Shown: positions 29,714-37,519 of the stretch, piece by piece
Layout of the letters: each line of letters opens with the position of its first letter
Numbering within the stretch: position 1 is the stretch's first letter
Source of the DNA: Gemmatimonadota bacterium
Lineage (GTDB): Bacteria; Gemmatimonadota; Gemmatimonadetes; Palauibacterales; Palauibacteraceae
DNA length: 64,000 nt
Assembly (NCBI GenBank): GCA_965116475.1
Contig: OZ220691.1
Coordinates: 2,848,001-2,912,000 of the forward strand
Reading direction: 5' to 3'
The notes under the pieces: generated by a model
What the model was told of the DNA's origin: nothing
Databases searched by the model: none
Seen by the model: only the letters and a program-made list of their open reading frames with translations
Position numbers and translations under genes: made by a program

Positions 29714-32226
29714 CCCAGTCTACGGCGCCGGCGGCGCCCCGCCGCCCGGTCCCGCCACTGGTCGGGAAGCTGCCGCCGCAGTGCGAACGCGACCTCACAG
29801 CGCTGCGTGGCTTCGTGCGCGCGGCCCTGACCGGAGCGGCGCCGGCGGCGGCCGTGTCTCCTTCCAAAATCCGCCACGTGTTCGTGACCGGCGCGACCGG
29901 CTTCATCGGGCGCTTCCTGGTGCGCGAACTGCTGGCTCATGACGCCGGCCTGCAGGTGCACTGCCTCGTGCGGGCGGCGAGCGTGGAGGAGGGGCTCGGG
30001 CGGGTGCGCGCGAACATGGAACACGCGGAGATATGGGACGATGACTTCGCTCCGCGCATCCACGTCAGCCCGGGGGACATCGCCCAGCCGCGGCTCGGCC
30101 TGTCGCGCGCCGACTTCGACCATCTCTGCGCGAACATCGACGCCGTCTACCACCTCGCCGCCACGCTGAGCCTGGCCGCTTCATACGCCGCCATCCGCCG
30201 CGTGAACGCGTCCAGTCTTCGCAACGTGCTGGAGCTGTGCCTGCGCACGCGCCACAAGCACCTGTTCTACGCCGGGACGATGGGGATCTTCCCCCAGTAC
30301 GCCTGCGCCTTCGCGCACGAGTACGAGGGGAGCCGCATCGGTCACCAGGCGCAGCCCGACCTGGCGGACATGAAAAGGGTGTTTCCGCTCGGGCTGCTGG
30401 GATACCCCTGGAGCAAGCTCGTCGCCGAGCAGGCGTTGCTGTTCGCGCAGTCGGCCGGTCTCCCGGTGGCCGTGTTTCGCCTGGGGCAGACCAGCATGGC
30501 ATCGACCGGATACAGTCAGCCGAGCAATGTCAGCCACCGGCTCTACGCGGCGGCCGCGGACATCGGATCGTTTCCATCCGGATTCACCCTGCAGTCCACC
30601 AACGACCCGGCCGATACGCTGAGCCGCATCTGCACCGACATCTCATTGAACCCGGAACGACGGTTCACGCTCTACAACTGCTGCAATCCGACACCTTCCT
30701 ATCGCACGGTGTCGCTCGAGGAAGTCGGGCTGGACTTGCCGGAGGTGTCGTACCAGGCCTTCAGGCGCGCCTGCCGGGCGCGCGGCGACGCCTCTCCGAT
30801 GGCGGGATCCTGGCCGATTCTCGATCACTTCGGACGCTACTGGCTGCGGGGGGCCGAGGCGGCCACGTCGCTCCCGATCAGCGACCGCGCCATTCGCGAG
30901 GACAGTCCCGGGCCGATTGAATGGCCCGGCCCGCTGACCCGTTACGTGCGTTTCAACCGGTGGGTCCGGGCGCATCCCGAAGACTGGCCCCATCCGGTGC
31001 CGCGCCGCGGCCTGGACTTCGACCGGCTGGTGAAGCAGGCGCGGCGCTATGCCGAAGAAGCCGGGGTCTCTTTCGAGGACACCTACCCCGAGTGGATGCT
31101 CGAAGGGATGGAGCAACTCGTGGAAGTGCTCAACTCACCCGAGGCGACCCTGCCGGAAGACCGAGTCGGCCACATCGTCTTCGACATGTGCCGGATGCTG
31201 CGGAACAACGCGGAACTCGCCAGTGAACGCGTGCGCCTTCCCGCGATCGAGCGGCAGGAGATCGTCCGACCCGTGTTCATCGTGGGCATCAACCGGACGG
31301 GCACCACCTACCTGCACCGCCTCATGGCCCGGGACCCCCGGTTCTGGACGCTGCGGGCGTACGAGTACGTCGAGCCCGTCATCGCCGGCGGCGATTACGC
31401 CGGCCTGGCCGGCACGCCCGAGGACCCGCGCCGCCCGTTGGCGGCCGACGTGTTCAAGGCGTCGGGCATCATCGATTCCTTCAAAGGGACTCACCAGATC
31501 GGCATCGACGAGCCGGAAGAGGACATGCCGATCCTCCGGCTCTCGTTCAGAGCCTGGATGTTTGCCACCCGGCATCCCATCCCGACCTACGAGCGCTGGC
31601 TCGAAGCGAGCGGCTCGCGTGAATCGTACGCCCTGCACCGACGCGTCATGCAGCACTACACCTGGCAACGCCGGGAGCGGTATCGCGGGGCCGACGGACA
31701 GTGGTTGTTCAAGATGCCGACGCATCTCAGGGAGCTGGAGGCGCTGACCGAAGCCTATCCTGACGCGTTGTTCATCCAGACGCACCGCGAGCCCGCGCAG
31801 TTCATGGGATCGTGGTGCAGCCTGGTCGAGCGGATTCGTGCGGACGTCAGCGAGCCGCGTCCGCCGCATGAGCTGGGCGCCGAACAGTTGCGCGCGATGA
31901 GCCGCCTCCTCGATCGGGCGGTGGATTTTCGCGAGTCGCACCCGGAACTGGACGACCGTTGGATCGATGTGAGTTACTACGATCTGGTTGAAGATCCGAC
32001 GGCCGTCGTGGCGCAGATCTACGATCGTCGCGGCTGGCCCCTGGAGCCCGAAACCGTCGCGGCCATGGAAGCGTGGCTCGACGAGCAGATGGAGCGCCGT
32101 CGCACCGAGAAGCGCCACACGTACGACATCGCGGACTACGGGCTGACGCGCGAGGCGATCGACCAGGCGTTCGTCCGCTATCTCGATTTCCTGTCGGACC
32201 GCGGCCGCCGGGCTTCGCTGTTGTGA
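29710..32226 (+). CDS. swfB: Thioester reductase (R) fused to PAPS-dependent sulfotransferase (SwfB-like)
   Basis: FVTGATGFIG, GDIAQPRLGL, GYPWSK; sulfotransferase PVFIVGINRTGTTYLH, WLFKMPTH, FIQTHREP; ATGA overlap with the PKS. Confidence 0.88.
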   Translation: MTQSTAPAAPRRPVPPLVGKLPPQCERDLTALRGFVRAALTGAAPAAAVSPSKIRHVFVTGATGFIGRFLVRELLAHDAGLQVHCLVRAASVEEGLGRVRANMEHAEIWDDDFAPRIHVSPGDIAQPRLGLSRADFDHLCANIDAVYHLAATLSLAASYAAIRRVNASSLRNVLELCLRTRHKHLFYAGTMGIFPQYACAFAHEYEGSRIGHQAQPDLADMKRVFPLGLLGYPWSKLVAEQALLFAQSAGLPVAVFRLGQTSMASTGYSQPSNVSHRLYAAAADIGSFPSGFTLQSTNDPADTLSRICTDISLNPERRFTLYNCCNPTPSYRTVSLEEVGLDLPEVSYQAFRRACRARGDASPMAGSWPILDHFGRYWLRGAEAATSLPISDRAIREDSPGPIEWPGPLTRYVRFNRWVRAHPEDWPHPVPRRGLDFDRLVKQARRYAEEAGVSFEDTYPEWMLEGMEQLVEVLNSPEATLPEDRVGHIVFDMCRMLRNNAELASERVRLPAIERQEIVRPVFIVGINRTGTTYLHRLMARDPRFWTLRAYEYVEPVIAGGDYAGLAGTPEDPRRPLAADVFKASGIIDSFKGTHQIGIDEPEEDMPILRLSFRAWMFATRHPIPTYERWLEASGSRESYALHRRVMQHYTWQRRERYRGADGQWLFKMPTHLRELEALTEAYPDALFIQTHREPAQFMGSWCSLVERIRADVSEPRPPHELGAEQLRAMSRLLDRAVDFRESHPELDDRWIDVSYYDLVEDPTAVVAQIYDRRGWPLEPETVAAMEAWLDEQMERRRTEKRHTYDIADYGLTREAIDQAFVRYLDFLSDRGRRASLL

Positions 32227-33329
32227 CACTCCGCCAGCCGTGGCCGCCGCGCGGGCCGGTGCTCGTCACGGGCGCGAACGGCTACGTCGCTTCGTGGCTG
32301 GTGAAGAGGCTTCTGGAGCTGGGTTTCGACGTCCACGGGACCGTGCGCGATCCCCGGGATCCCGCCCGAACCGGCCACCTGCGAACGATCGCCCGGGACC
32401 GTCCGGGAACGCTGTCCCTGTTCCGCGCCGACCTCCTCGATCCCGACGGGTTCAACGAGGCGATGGCGGGGTGCCCATTGGTCTTCCACACCGCGTCCCC
32501 GCTCATCGTGCGCGACGTCGACGATCCGGTGCGCGATCTCATCGAGCCCGCGTCACTCGGCACGCGCCACGTACTGGAGGCCGCTGGCCGGACAGCCGCG
32601 GTCCAGCGGGTGGTGCTGACTTCAAGCATCGTGGCGATCTACGGAGACGCGGCCGACCTGGAGAAGATCGAGCAGGATCGGTTCGATGAGAGCCACTGGA
32701 ACACCACCAGCCACGAAGGCCACCAGCCGTATTCCTACTCCAAGACCCGGTCGGAGCGGCTGGCCTGGAAGATGGCGGAGGAACAGACCCGGTGGGATCT
32801 GGTGGTCGTGAATCCCGGGCTGGTTCTCGGACCCGGCCTCAGCCGAAACACGAACGCCGAGGGCGTCCTGATCATGCGCGATCTGGGAAACGGCGCTCAC
32901 CGCGTCGGCGCGCCCGAACTGGAGTTCGCCATCGTCGATGTCCGGGATGTCGCGGAGGGCCACCTGCAGGCGGGTCTCCTCCCTGAGGCGGAGGGACGCC
33001 ACATCCTGGTCAGCGAGACGCGCAGCCTGATCGAAATCGCCGGGATCCTGCGGGACCGCTTCGGCGACGGCTTCCCCTTCCCCCGCCGCACCGTGTCCAA
33101 TCCGATGGCCATCGGGTACGCGCCCCTGGGGGGCATCCCCCGCGCCGTGGCGAAGCGCAACGTCGGGTATCCCCTGAGGTTCGACAACGCGCGCGCCAGG
33201 ACGGCGCTCGGCATCGACTTCCGTCCCGTCGAGGAGACGATTACGAGCCACTTCCAGCAACTGCTGAACGACGGTCTCGTCTCCGCTCCCCGGGGCGGCC
33301 GCCAGGACGGAATGCGGGAGTCACGCTAG
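32223..33329 (+). CDS. Extended SDR, aldehyde reductase II / dihydroflavonol-reductase-like
   Basis: VLVTGANGYVAS, VFHTASP, VVLTSS, YSYSK, VDVRDVA; GTGA overlap. Confidence 0.85.
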   Translation: MTLRQPWPPRGPVLVTGANGYVASWLVKRLLELGFDVHGTVRDPRDPARTGHLRTIARDRPGTLSLFRADLLDPDGFNEAMAGCPLVFHTASPLIVRDVDDPVRDLIEPASLGTRHVLEAAGRTAAVQRVVLTSSIVAIYGDAADLEKIEQDRFDESHWNTTSHEGHQPYSYSKTRSERLAWKMAEEQTRWDLVVVNPGLVLGPGLSRNTNAEGVLIMRDLGNGAHRVGAPELEFAIVDVRDVAEGHLQAGLLPEAEGRHILVSETRSLIEIAGILRDRFGDGFPFPRRTVSNPMAIGYAPLGGIPRAVAKRNVGYPLRFDNARARTALGIDFRPVEETITSHFQQLLNDGLVSAPRGGRQDGMRESR

Positions 33330-33344
33330 CGGCCCGCGGCCCGG

Positions 33345-34712
33345 TCAGTCGCCGACCCAGACCGTCTTCACGTTCACGAATTCGCGGATCGCGTGGGGGC
33401 CGAGTTCCCGCCCGTAGCCCGAGCGCTTGACGCCGCCGAAGGGGACGCGGGGATCGGAGGCGGACATCCCGTTGATGAAGACGCCGCCGGCCTCCAGGTC
33501 GCGGACGGCCCGGGCGCGCTCCTCGGGGTCGTTCGTCCAGATGGCGGAGCAGAGGCCGAACTCCGTCGCGTTGGCGCGTTCGATGGCCTCGTCGATGCCG
33601 GCGACCGGGAAAATGCTGGCCACCGGACCGAAGATCTCGTCATCCGTGGCCGGGGATCCGTCCGGAACGTCGGTGAGCACGGTCGGCTCGTAGAACCACC
33701 CGCGCCGGTCGGGCACGCTCCCTCCCGTGGCCACGCGGGCGCCGGCTGCCACGGTCGCCTCCACCTGTTCCGCGACGGTGTCCCTCAGGTCGCGGCGGGC
33801 CAGCGGTCCGATTTCGACCTCGGGCTCCTTCGGGTCGCCGACGCGAAGCGCCGACACGCGTTCGACGAGCCGCGCGGTGAACTCGTCGACGATCGAACGC
33901 TGGACGAGCATGCGCTTGGCGGCGATGCACGACTGGCCGTTGTTCCACATGCGGGCATCGACGGCGGTGGCGACGGCCCGCTCGAGGTCCGCGCTCTCCA
34001 TGACGATGAAGGGGTCGCTGCCCCCGAGTTCGAGCACGGTCGTCTTGATGCGGCGCCCGGCCTCGGCCGCGAGCGCGGAGCCGGCCGCGACGGAGCCCGT
34101 GAGCGAGGCGGCCTGCACGGTCGGGTCGTCGAGGACGCGGGGGATGTCCCCGACCTCGACGAAGACGTTCTGGAACACGCCGTCGGGGAAGCCGGCGCGC
34201 GAGAACAGTCCCTCGAGGGCGACCGCGCATTGCGGCACGTTGGGCGAGTGCTTGAGCAGGAAGGCGTTGCCGGCCAGCACCGTCGGCACCGCGGAGCGCA
34301 GGGCCTGCCAGAACGGGAAGTTCCACGGCATGATCCCGAGCACCGCGCCCAGGGGATGGTACTCGACCCAGCAGTGGGTGCCGGTGGACTCGAAGCGCTC
34401 AGGCGCCAGGTGGGCGGGCCCGTGCTCGGCGTAGTACCGGCACACCCAGGCGCATTTCTCCGCCTCGGCGACCGCGCTCGCGAGCGGCTTGCCCATCTCG
34501 CGCGTCATCAGCAGACCGTAGGCCGCCTTGCCCCGCTCGACGAGGTCCGCCAGCGCGAGGAGACGCTCGGCCCGCTCGGCCACGGGCACCCGCCTCCACA
34601 CCTCGAACCCCGCGCGGGCCCGTTCCAGCGCCTCGCCGATCCCGTCGCCTCGGAGGGCCGGGAACGACGCGAGCCGCTCTTCCGTGGTCGGGTCTATGCT
34701 CTCGAAAGGCAT
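33345..34712 (-). CDS. NAD(P)-dependent succinate-semialdehyde dehydrogenase-like aldehyde dehydrogenase
   Basis: IMPWNFPFWQ, LTGS, LELGGSDP, GQSCIAAKR, EIFGP, PFGGVKRSGYGRELG. Confidence 0.9.
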   Translation of the reverse strand: MPFESIDPTTEERLASFPALRGDGIGEALERARAGFEVWRRVPVAERAERLLALADLVERGKAAYGLLMTREMGKPLASAVAEAEKCAWVCRYYAEHGPAHLAPERFESTGTHCWVEYHPLGAVLGIMPWNFPFWQALRSAVPTVLAGNAFLLKHSPNVPQCAVALEGLFSRAGFPDGVFQNVFVEVGDIPRVLDDPTVQAASLTGSVAAGSALAAEAGRRIKTTVLELGGSDPFIVMESADLERAVATAVDARMWNNGQSCIAAKRMLVQRSIVDEFTARLVERVSALRVGDPKEPEVEIGPLARRDLRDTVAEQVEATVAAGARVATGGSVPDRRGWFYEPTVLTDVPDGSPATDDEIFGPVASIFPVAGIDEAIERANATEFGLCSAIWTNDPEERARAVRDLEAGGVFINGMSASDPRVPFGGVKRSGYGRELGPHAIREFVNVKTVWVGD

Positions 34713-34820
34713 CTCGTTCTCTCTCACGAGACGTTACCATTGGCACGGCCTCACAATCGAAATCGTCCGGTTTCGGCGCGCGACCCGCAAGCCCCGGCCG
34801 GACCAGCCCTGGAGCCGTAC

Positions 34821-35756
34821 ATGACCGACGCCGACCCTGTGGCCGACCCTGTGGCCGACACCGCCGCCGACGCTGTGGCCGACACCGCGGCCGCCGCGGA
34901 CGCTTTCGAGGCGGATCTCGCGCGGGACCTGCTGGCCGCCCGCGACAGGCGCGACACGATCCCGCCGCCCACGCAAAGCACCGGAGAGTTCGGTCTCGAC
35001 CGGGCCTATCGCGTCGGGGCCGCGCTCGACCGCAGTCTTCGGCAACAGGGATACGGTCTGCTGGGCTGCAAGGTCGGGTTCACGAACCGTAAGATCTGGC
35101 CGCGCTTCGGGCTCGACGAGCCGATCCTCGCCCCCATCTACGCTCGGACGCTGCGTCTCGCGAGACCGGTGGCGGAGGTCTCCCTGGCGAAGTTCCGGGC
35201 CCCGATGATCGAAGTGGAGGTCGTCTTCGGCCTCGAGCCCGCCGGTGACGCGCCCGAAGGTGACGCGCCCAACGGCGACGGCCCCAGCGGTGACGGGCCC
35301 AACGGTGACGCGCCCCTCGGCCGCCGGCCGAGCTGGATCTCGCTCGGGTTCGAGATCGTCGACTGTCACTATCCCGACTGGCATCTCACGCCGGCGGATT
35401 CGGTGGCCGACTTCGGGCTCCACGGCGCGCTCATCGTCGGCCGGCCGGTCAACCGGGACGTGCCGGACTTCGACGAACGGGTGGCCCGGCTCGACCGGCT
35501 CGAGGTGCGGCTCCTGCGTCACGAGACGCCCGTGGCGCGCGGGCGGGGGAGCGATGTCCTCGGGCATCCGGTCGAGGCGCTGGAGGTCGTGCCGCGGCTC
35601 TGGCCACGCTTCTCCGATGCCGGGATCCCGGCACACGGCCTGGTCGTGAGCACGGGGACGATGACCCCGCTCCAGCCGCTGTCCCCCGGCGAGATGTGGC
35701 GGGTGGAGGCGCAGGGCGTGGACCTCCCGGGCCTCACGATCATGCTGACGGACTGA
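34821..35756 (+). CDS. 2-keto-4-pentenoate hydratase-like protein (fumarylacetoacetate hydrolase family)
   Basis: GCKVGFTN, IEVEVVF, FEIVDCHY, VADFGLHG, DVLGHP, VSTGTMT; GGAG RBS. Confidence 0.8.
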   Translation: MTDADPVADPVADTAADAVADTAAAADAFEADLARDLLAARDRRDTIPPPTQSTGEFGLDRAYRVGAALDRSLRQQGYGLLGCKVGFTNRKIWPRFGLDEPILAPIYARTLRLARPVAEVSLAKFRAPMIEVEVVFGLEPAGDAPEGDAPNGDGPSGDGPNGDAPLGRRPSWISLGFEIVDCHYPDWHLTPADSVADFGLHGALIVGRPVNRDVPDFDERVARLDRLEVRLLRHETPVARGRGSDVLGHPVEALEVVPRLWPRFSDAGIPAHGLVVSTGTMTPLQPLSPGEMWRVEAQGVDLPGLTIMLTD

Positions 35757-35808
35757 CGGACCGACGGACCGGCTGATGGACCGACCGACGGACCGGCCGA
35801 TGGAACGG
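35748..35808. repeat. Degenerate GACGGACC/GACC tandem repeat
   Basis: gacggactgacggaccgacggaccggctgatggaccgaccgacggaccggccgatggaacgg directly after the hydratase stop. Confidence 0.6.
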
Positions 35809-35938
35809 GCTTGCCCGGCCCGGCGCGACGATGGAACATAGCAGGCCACGGTCTGCCAGCAGCGCCATGTGACCGGAGACCGCCGGCCCGCGCGAGCGCG
35901 AGGTCGCGACCGCACCGATCCTCTCACGGGGAGCAGGC

Positions 35939-37519
35939 ATGCCAGACTCGGCCGCGAACGGCGGCAGCCCGACGGCCCGCTGGGCGAAAGTCATCGACCA
36001 CACCCGCTGTATCGGCTGCCACGCCTGCACGACGGCCTGCAAGTCGGAGAACGAGGTCCCGCTCGGCGTCACCCGCACCTATGTGAAGTCCGCCGACGTG
36101 GGGACCTTCCCGGCCGCGCGACGCGCCTTCCAGGTCACGCGCTGCAACCAGTGCGACGACGCGCCGTGCACGACCGCCTGCCCCACCCAGGCGATGTTCC
36201 GCCGCCCCGACGGGATCGTGGACTTCGACAAGTCGATCTGCATCGGCTGCAAGGCGTGCATCGCCGCCTGTCCCTACGACGCGATCTTCATCAACCCCGA
36301 CGACCACTCCGCGGAGAAGTGCAACTTCTGCGCGCACCGCATCGACATGGGACTGGAGCCGGCGTGCGTCACGGTGTGCCCGACGGAGGCGATCATCGTC
36401 GGCGACCTCGACGACCCGGAATCGAAGGTCTCGCAGTACGTGGGGCGCGACCCGGTGAGCGTGCGGCGGCCGGAGAAGGAGACCCACCCGAAGCTGTTCT
36501 ACAAGGGGGCGCACCAGGCGACGCTCGATCCGCTGGCCGCGGTCCGCCCCGGGGGCGGGCTGTACATGTGGAGCGAGCAGCCCGAGGGCCCGCACGAAAT
36601 CGGCGCCGGCCAGCCGCATCCCATGAGAAGCGACGGGCGGCACGGCCCGAACTCCTCGGCCGCCGCGATCCTCTCCTACGACGTCTCGCACACCGCGCCG
36701 TGGGACTGGAGGGTGAGCCTGTACACGCTCACCAAGGGGGTCTCCGCCGGCGTGTACCTCGCCGTGCTCCTCCTCTGCCTGCTGGGCGGACTCGCGTGGC
36801 AGGGCGGGACCTGGCTCACCCTCACGCCGCTCCTCGGTCTCGCCGCGCTCGCGCTCACCGGCGGGCTGCTGATCTGGGACCTCGAGCACCCGAAGCGCTT
36901 CCTCCTCATCTTCACGAGACCCCACATGAAAAGCTGGCTCGTGCGGGGGGCGTTCGTGATCGCGGGCTACGGCGCGGCGCTGACCGCGCACCTCGGGGCG
37001 GCGCTGATCGGCGGCGACGGCGCCGCGGAGACGACGCGCTGGATGGCGTGGGCGGGGGCGCCCCTGGCCGGCATGACCGCGGTCTACACGGCCTACCTCT
37101 TCGCGCAGGCGCGGGCGCGCGACCTGTGGCAGAATCCGCTCCTGCCGCCGCACTTCCTCGTACAGGCGCTGCTGGCCGGCGGCGCGGCCCTGATGCTCTT
37201 CCCGTCGCTCGGCGGCTCCGCCGCGCTGGGCCGGCTCGTGGGGCTCACGGCCGCCGCGCACCTCCTGCTGGTGCTCGCCGAACTGACGCTCACGCACGCG
37301 ACCGCCCACGCCGCCCTCGCCGCGCGGAACATGGTGCGCGGCCGCTACGCCCCGTGGTTCTGGAGCGGCATCCTGCTCGTGACGCTGGCGGCCGCCCTCA
37401 CCGTGAGCCCGGTCGCCGGCGCCTGGGTCGCCCCGCTGATCGGCATCGCCGCGCTCGCCGGGCTCCTCGCGCACGAGCACGCGTACGTGCAGGCCGGCCA
37501 GTCCGTGCCCCTCGCATGA
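35939..37519 (+). CDS. Fused 4x[4Fe-4S] subunit (NrfC/DmsB-like) and NrfD/PsrC-type membrane anchor
   Basis: CIGCHACTTAC, CNQCDDAPCTTACP, CIGCKACIAACP, KCNFC...PACVTVCP; NrfD-type DLEHPKRF...SWLVRGA with about 8 TMs. Confidence 0.88.
   Translation: MPDSAANGGSPTARWAKVIDHTRCIGCHACTTACKSENEVPLGVTRTYVKSADVGTFPAARRAFQVTRCNQCDDAPCTTACPTQAMFRRPDGIVDFDKSICIGCKACIAACPYDAIFINPDDHSAEKCNFCAHRIDMGLEPACVTVCPTEAIIVGDLDDPESKVSQYVGRDPVSVRRPEKETHPKLFYKGAHQATLDPLAAVRPGGGLYMWSEQPEGPHEIGAGQPHPMRSDGRHGPNSSAAAILSYDVSHTAPWDWRVSLYTLTKGVSAGVYLAVLLLCLLGGLAWQGGTWLTLTPLLGLAALALTGGLLIWDLEHPKRFLLIFTRPHMKSWLVRGAFVIAGYGAALTAHLGAALIGGDGAAETTRWMAWAGAPLAGMTAVYTAYLFAQARARDLWQNPLLPPHFLVQALLAGGAALMLFPSLGGSAALGRLVGLTAAAHLLLVLAELTLTHATAHAALAARNMVRGRYAPWFWSGILLVTLAAALTVSPVAGAWVAPLIGIAALAGLLAHEHAYVQAGQSVPLA

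Noticed and set aside
29710..32226. CurM/Ols-type terminal-alkene pathway
   Set aside because: No thioesterase domain; the sulfotransferase partner is a reductase and the PKS is fully reducing
33393..34820. 787-aa version of the hydratase
   Set aside because: The N-terminal part is antisense to the ALDH; ATG 34821 has an RBS
35869..37515. 1590-aa version of the molybdopterin subunit
   Set aside because: The first ~550 codons are an off-frame read of the Fe-S/NrfD gene; the real start is ATG 37516 (ATGA overlap)
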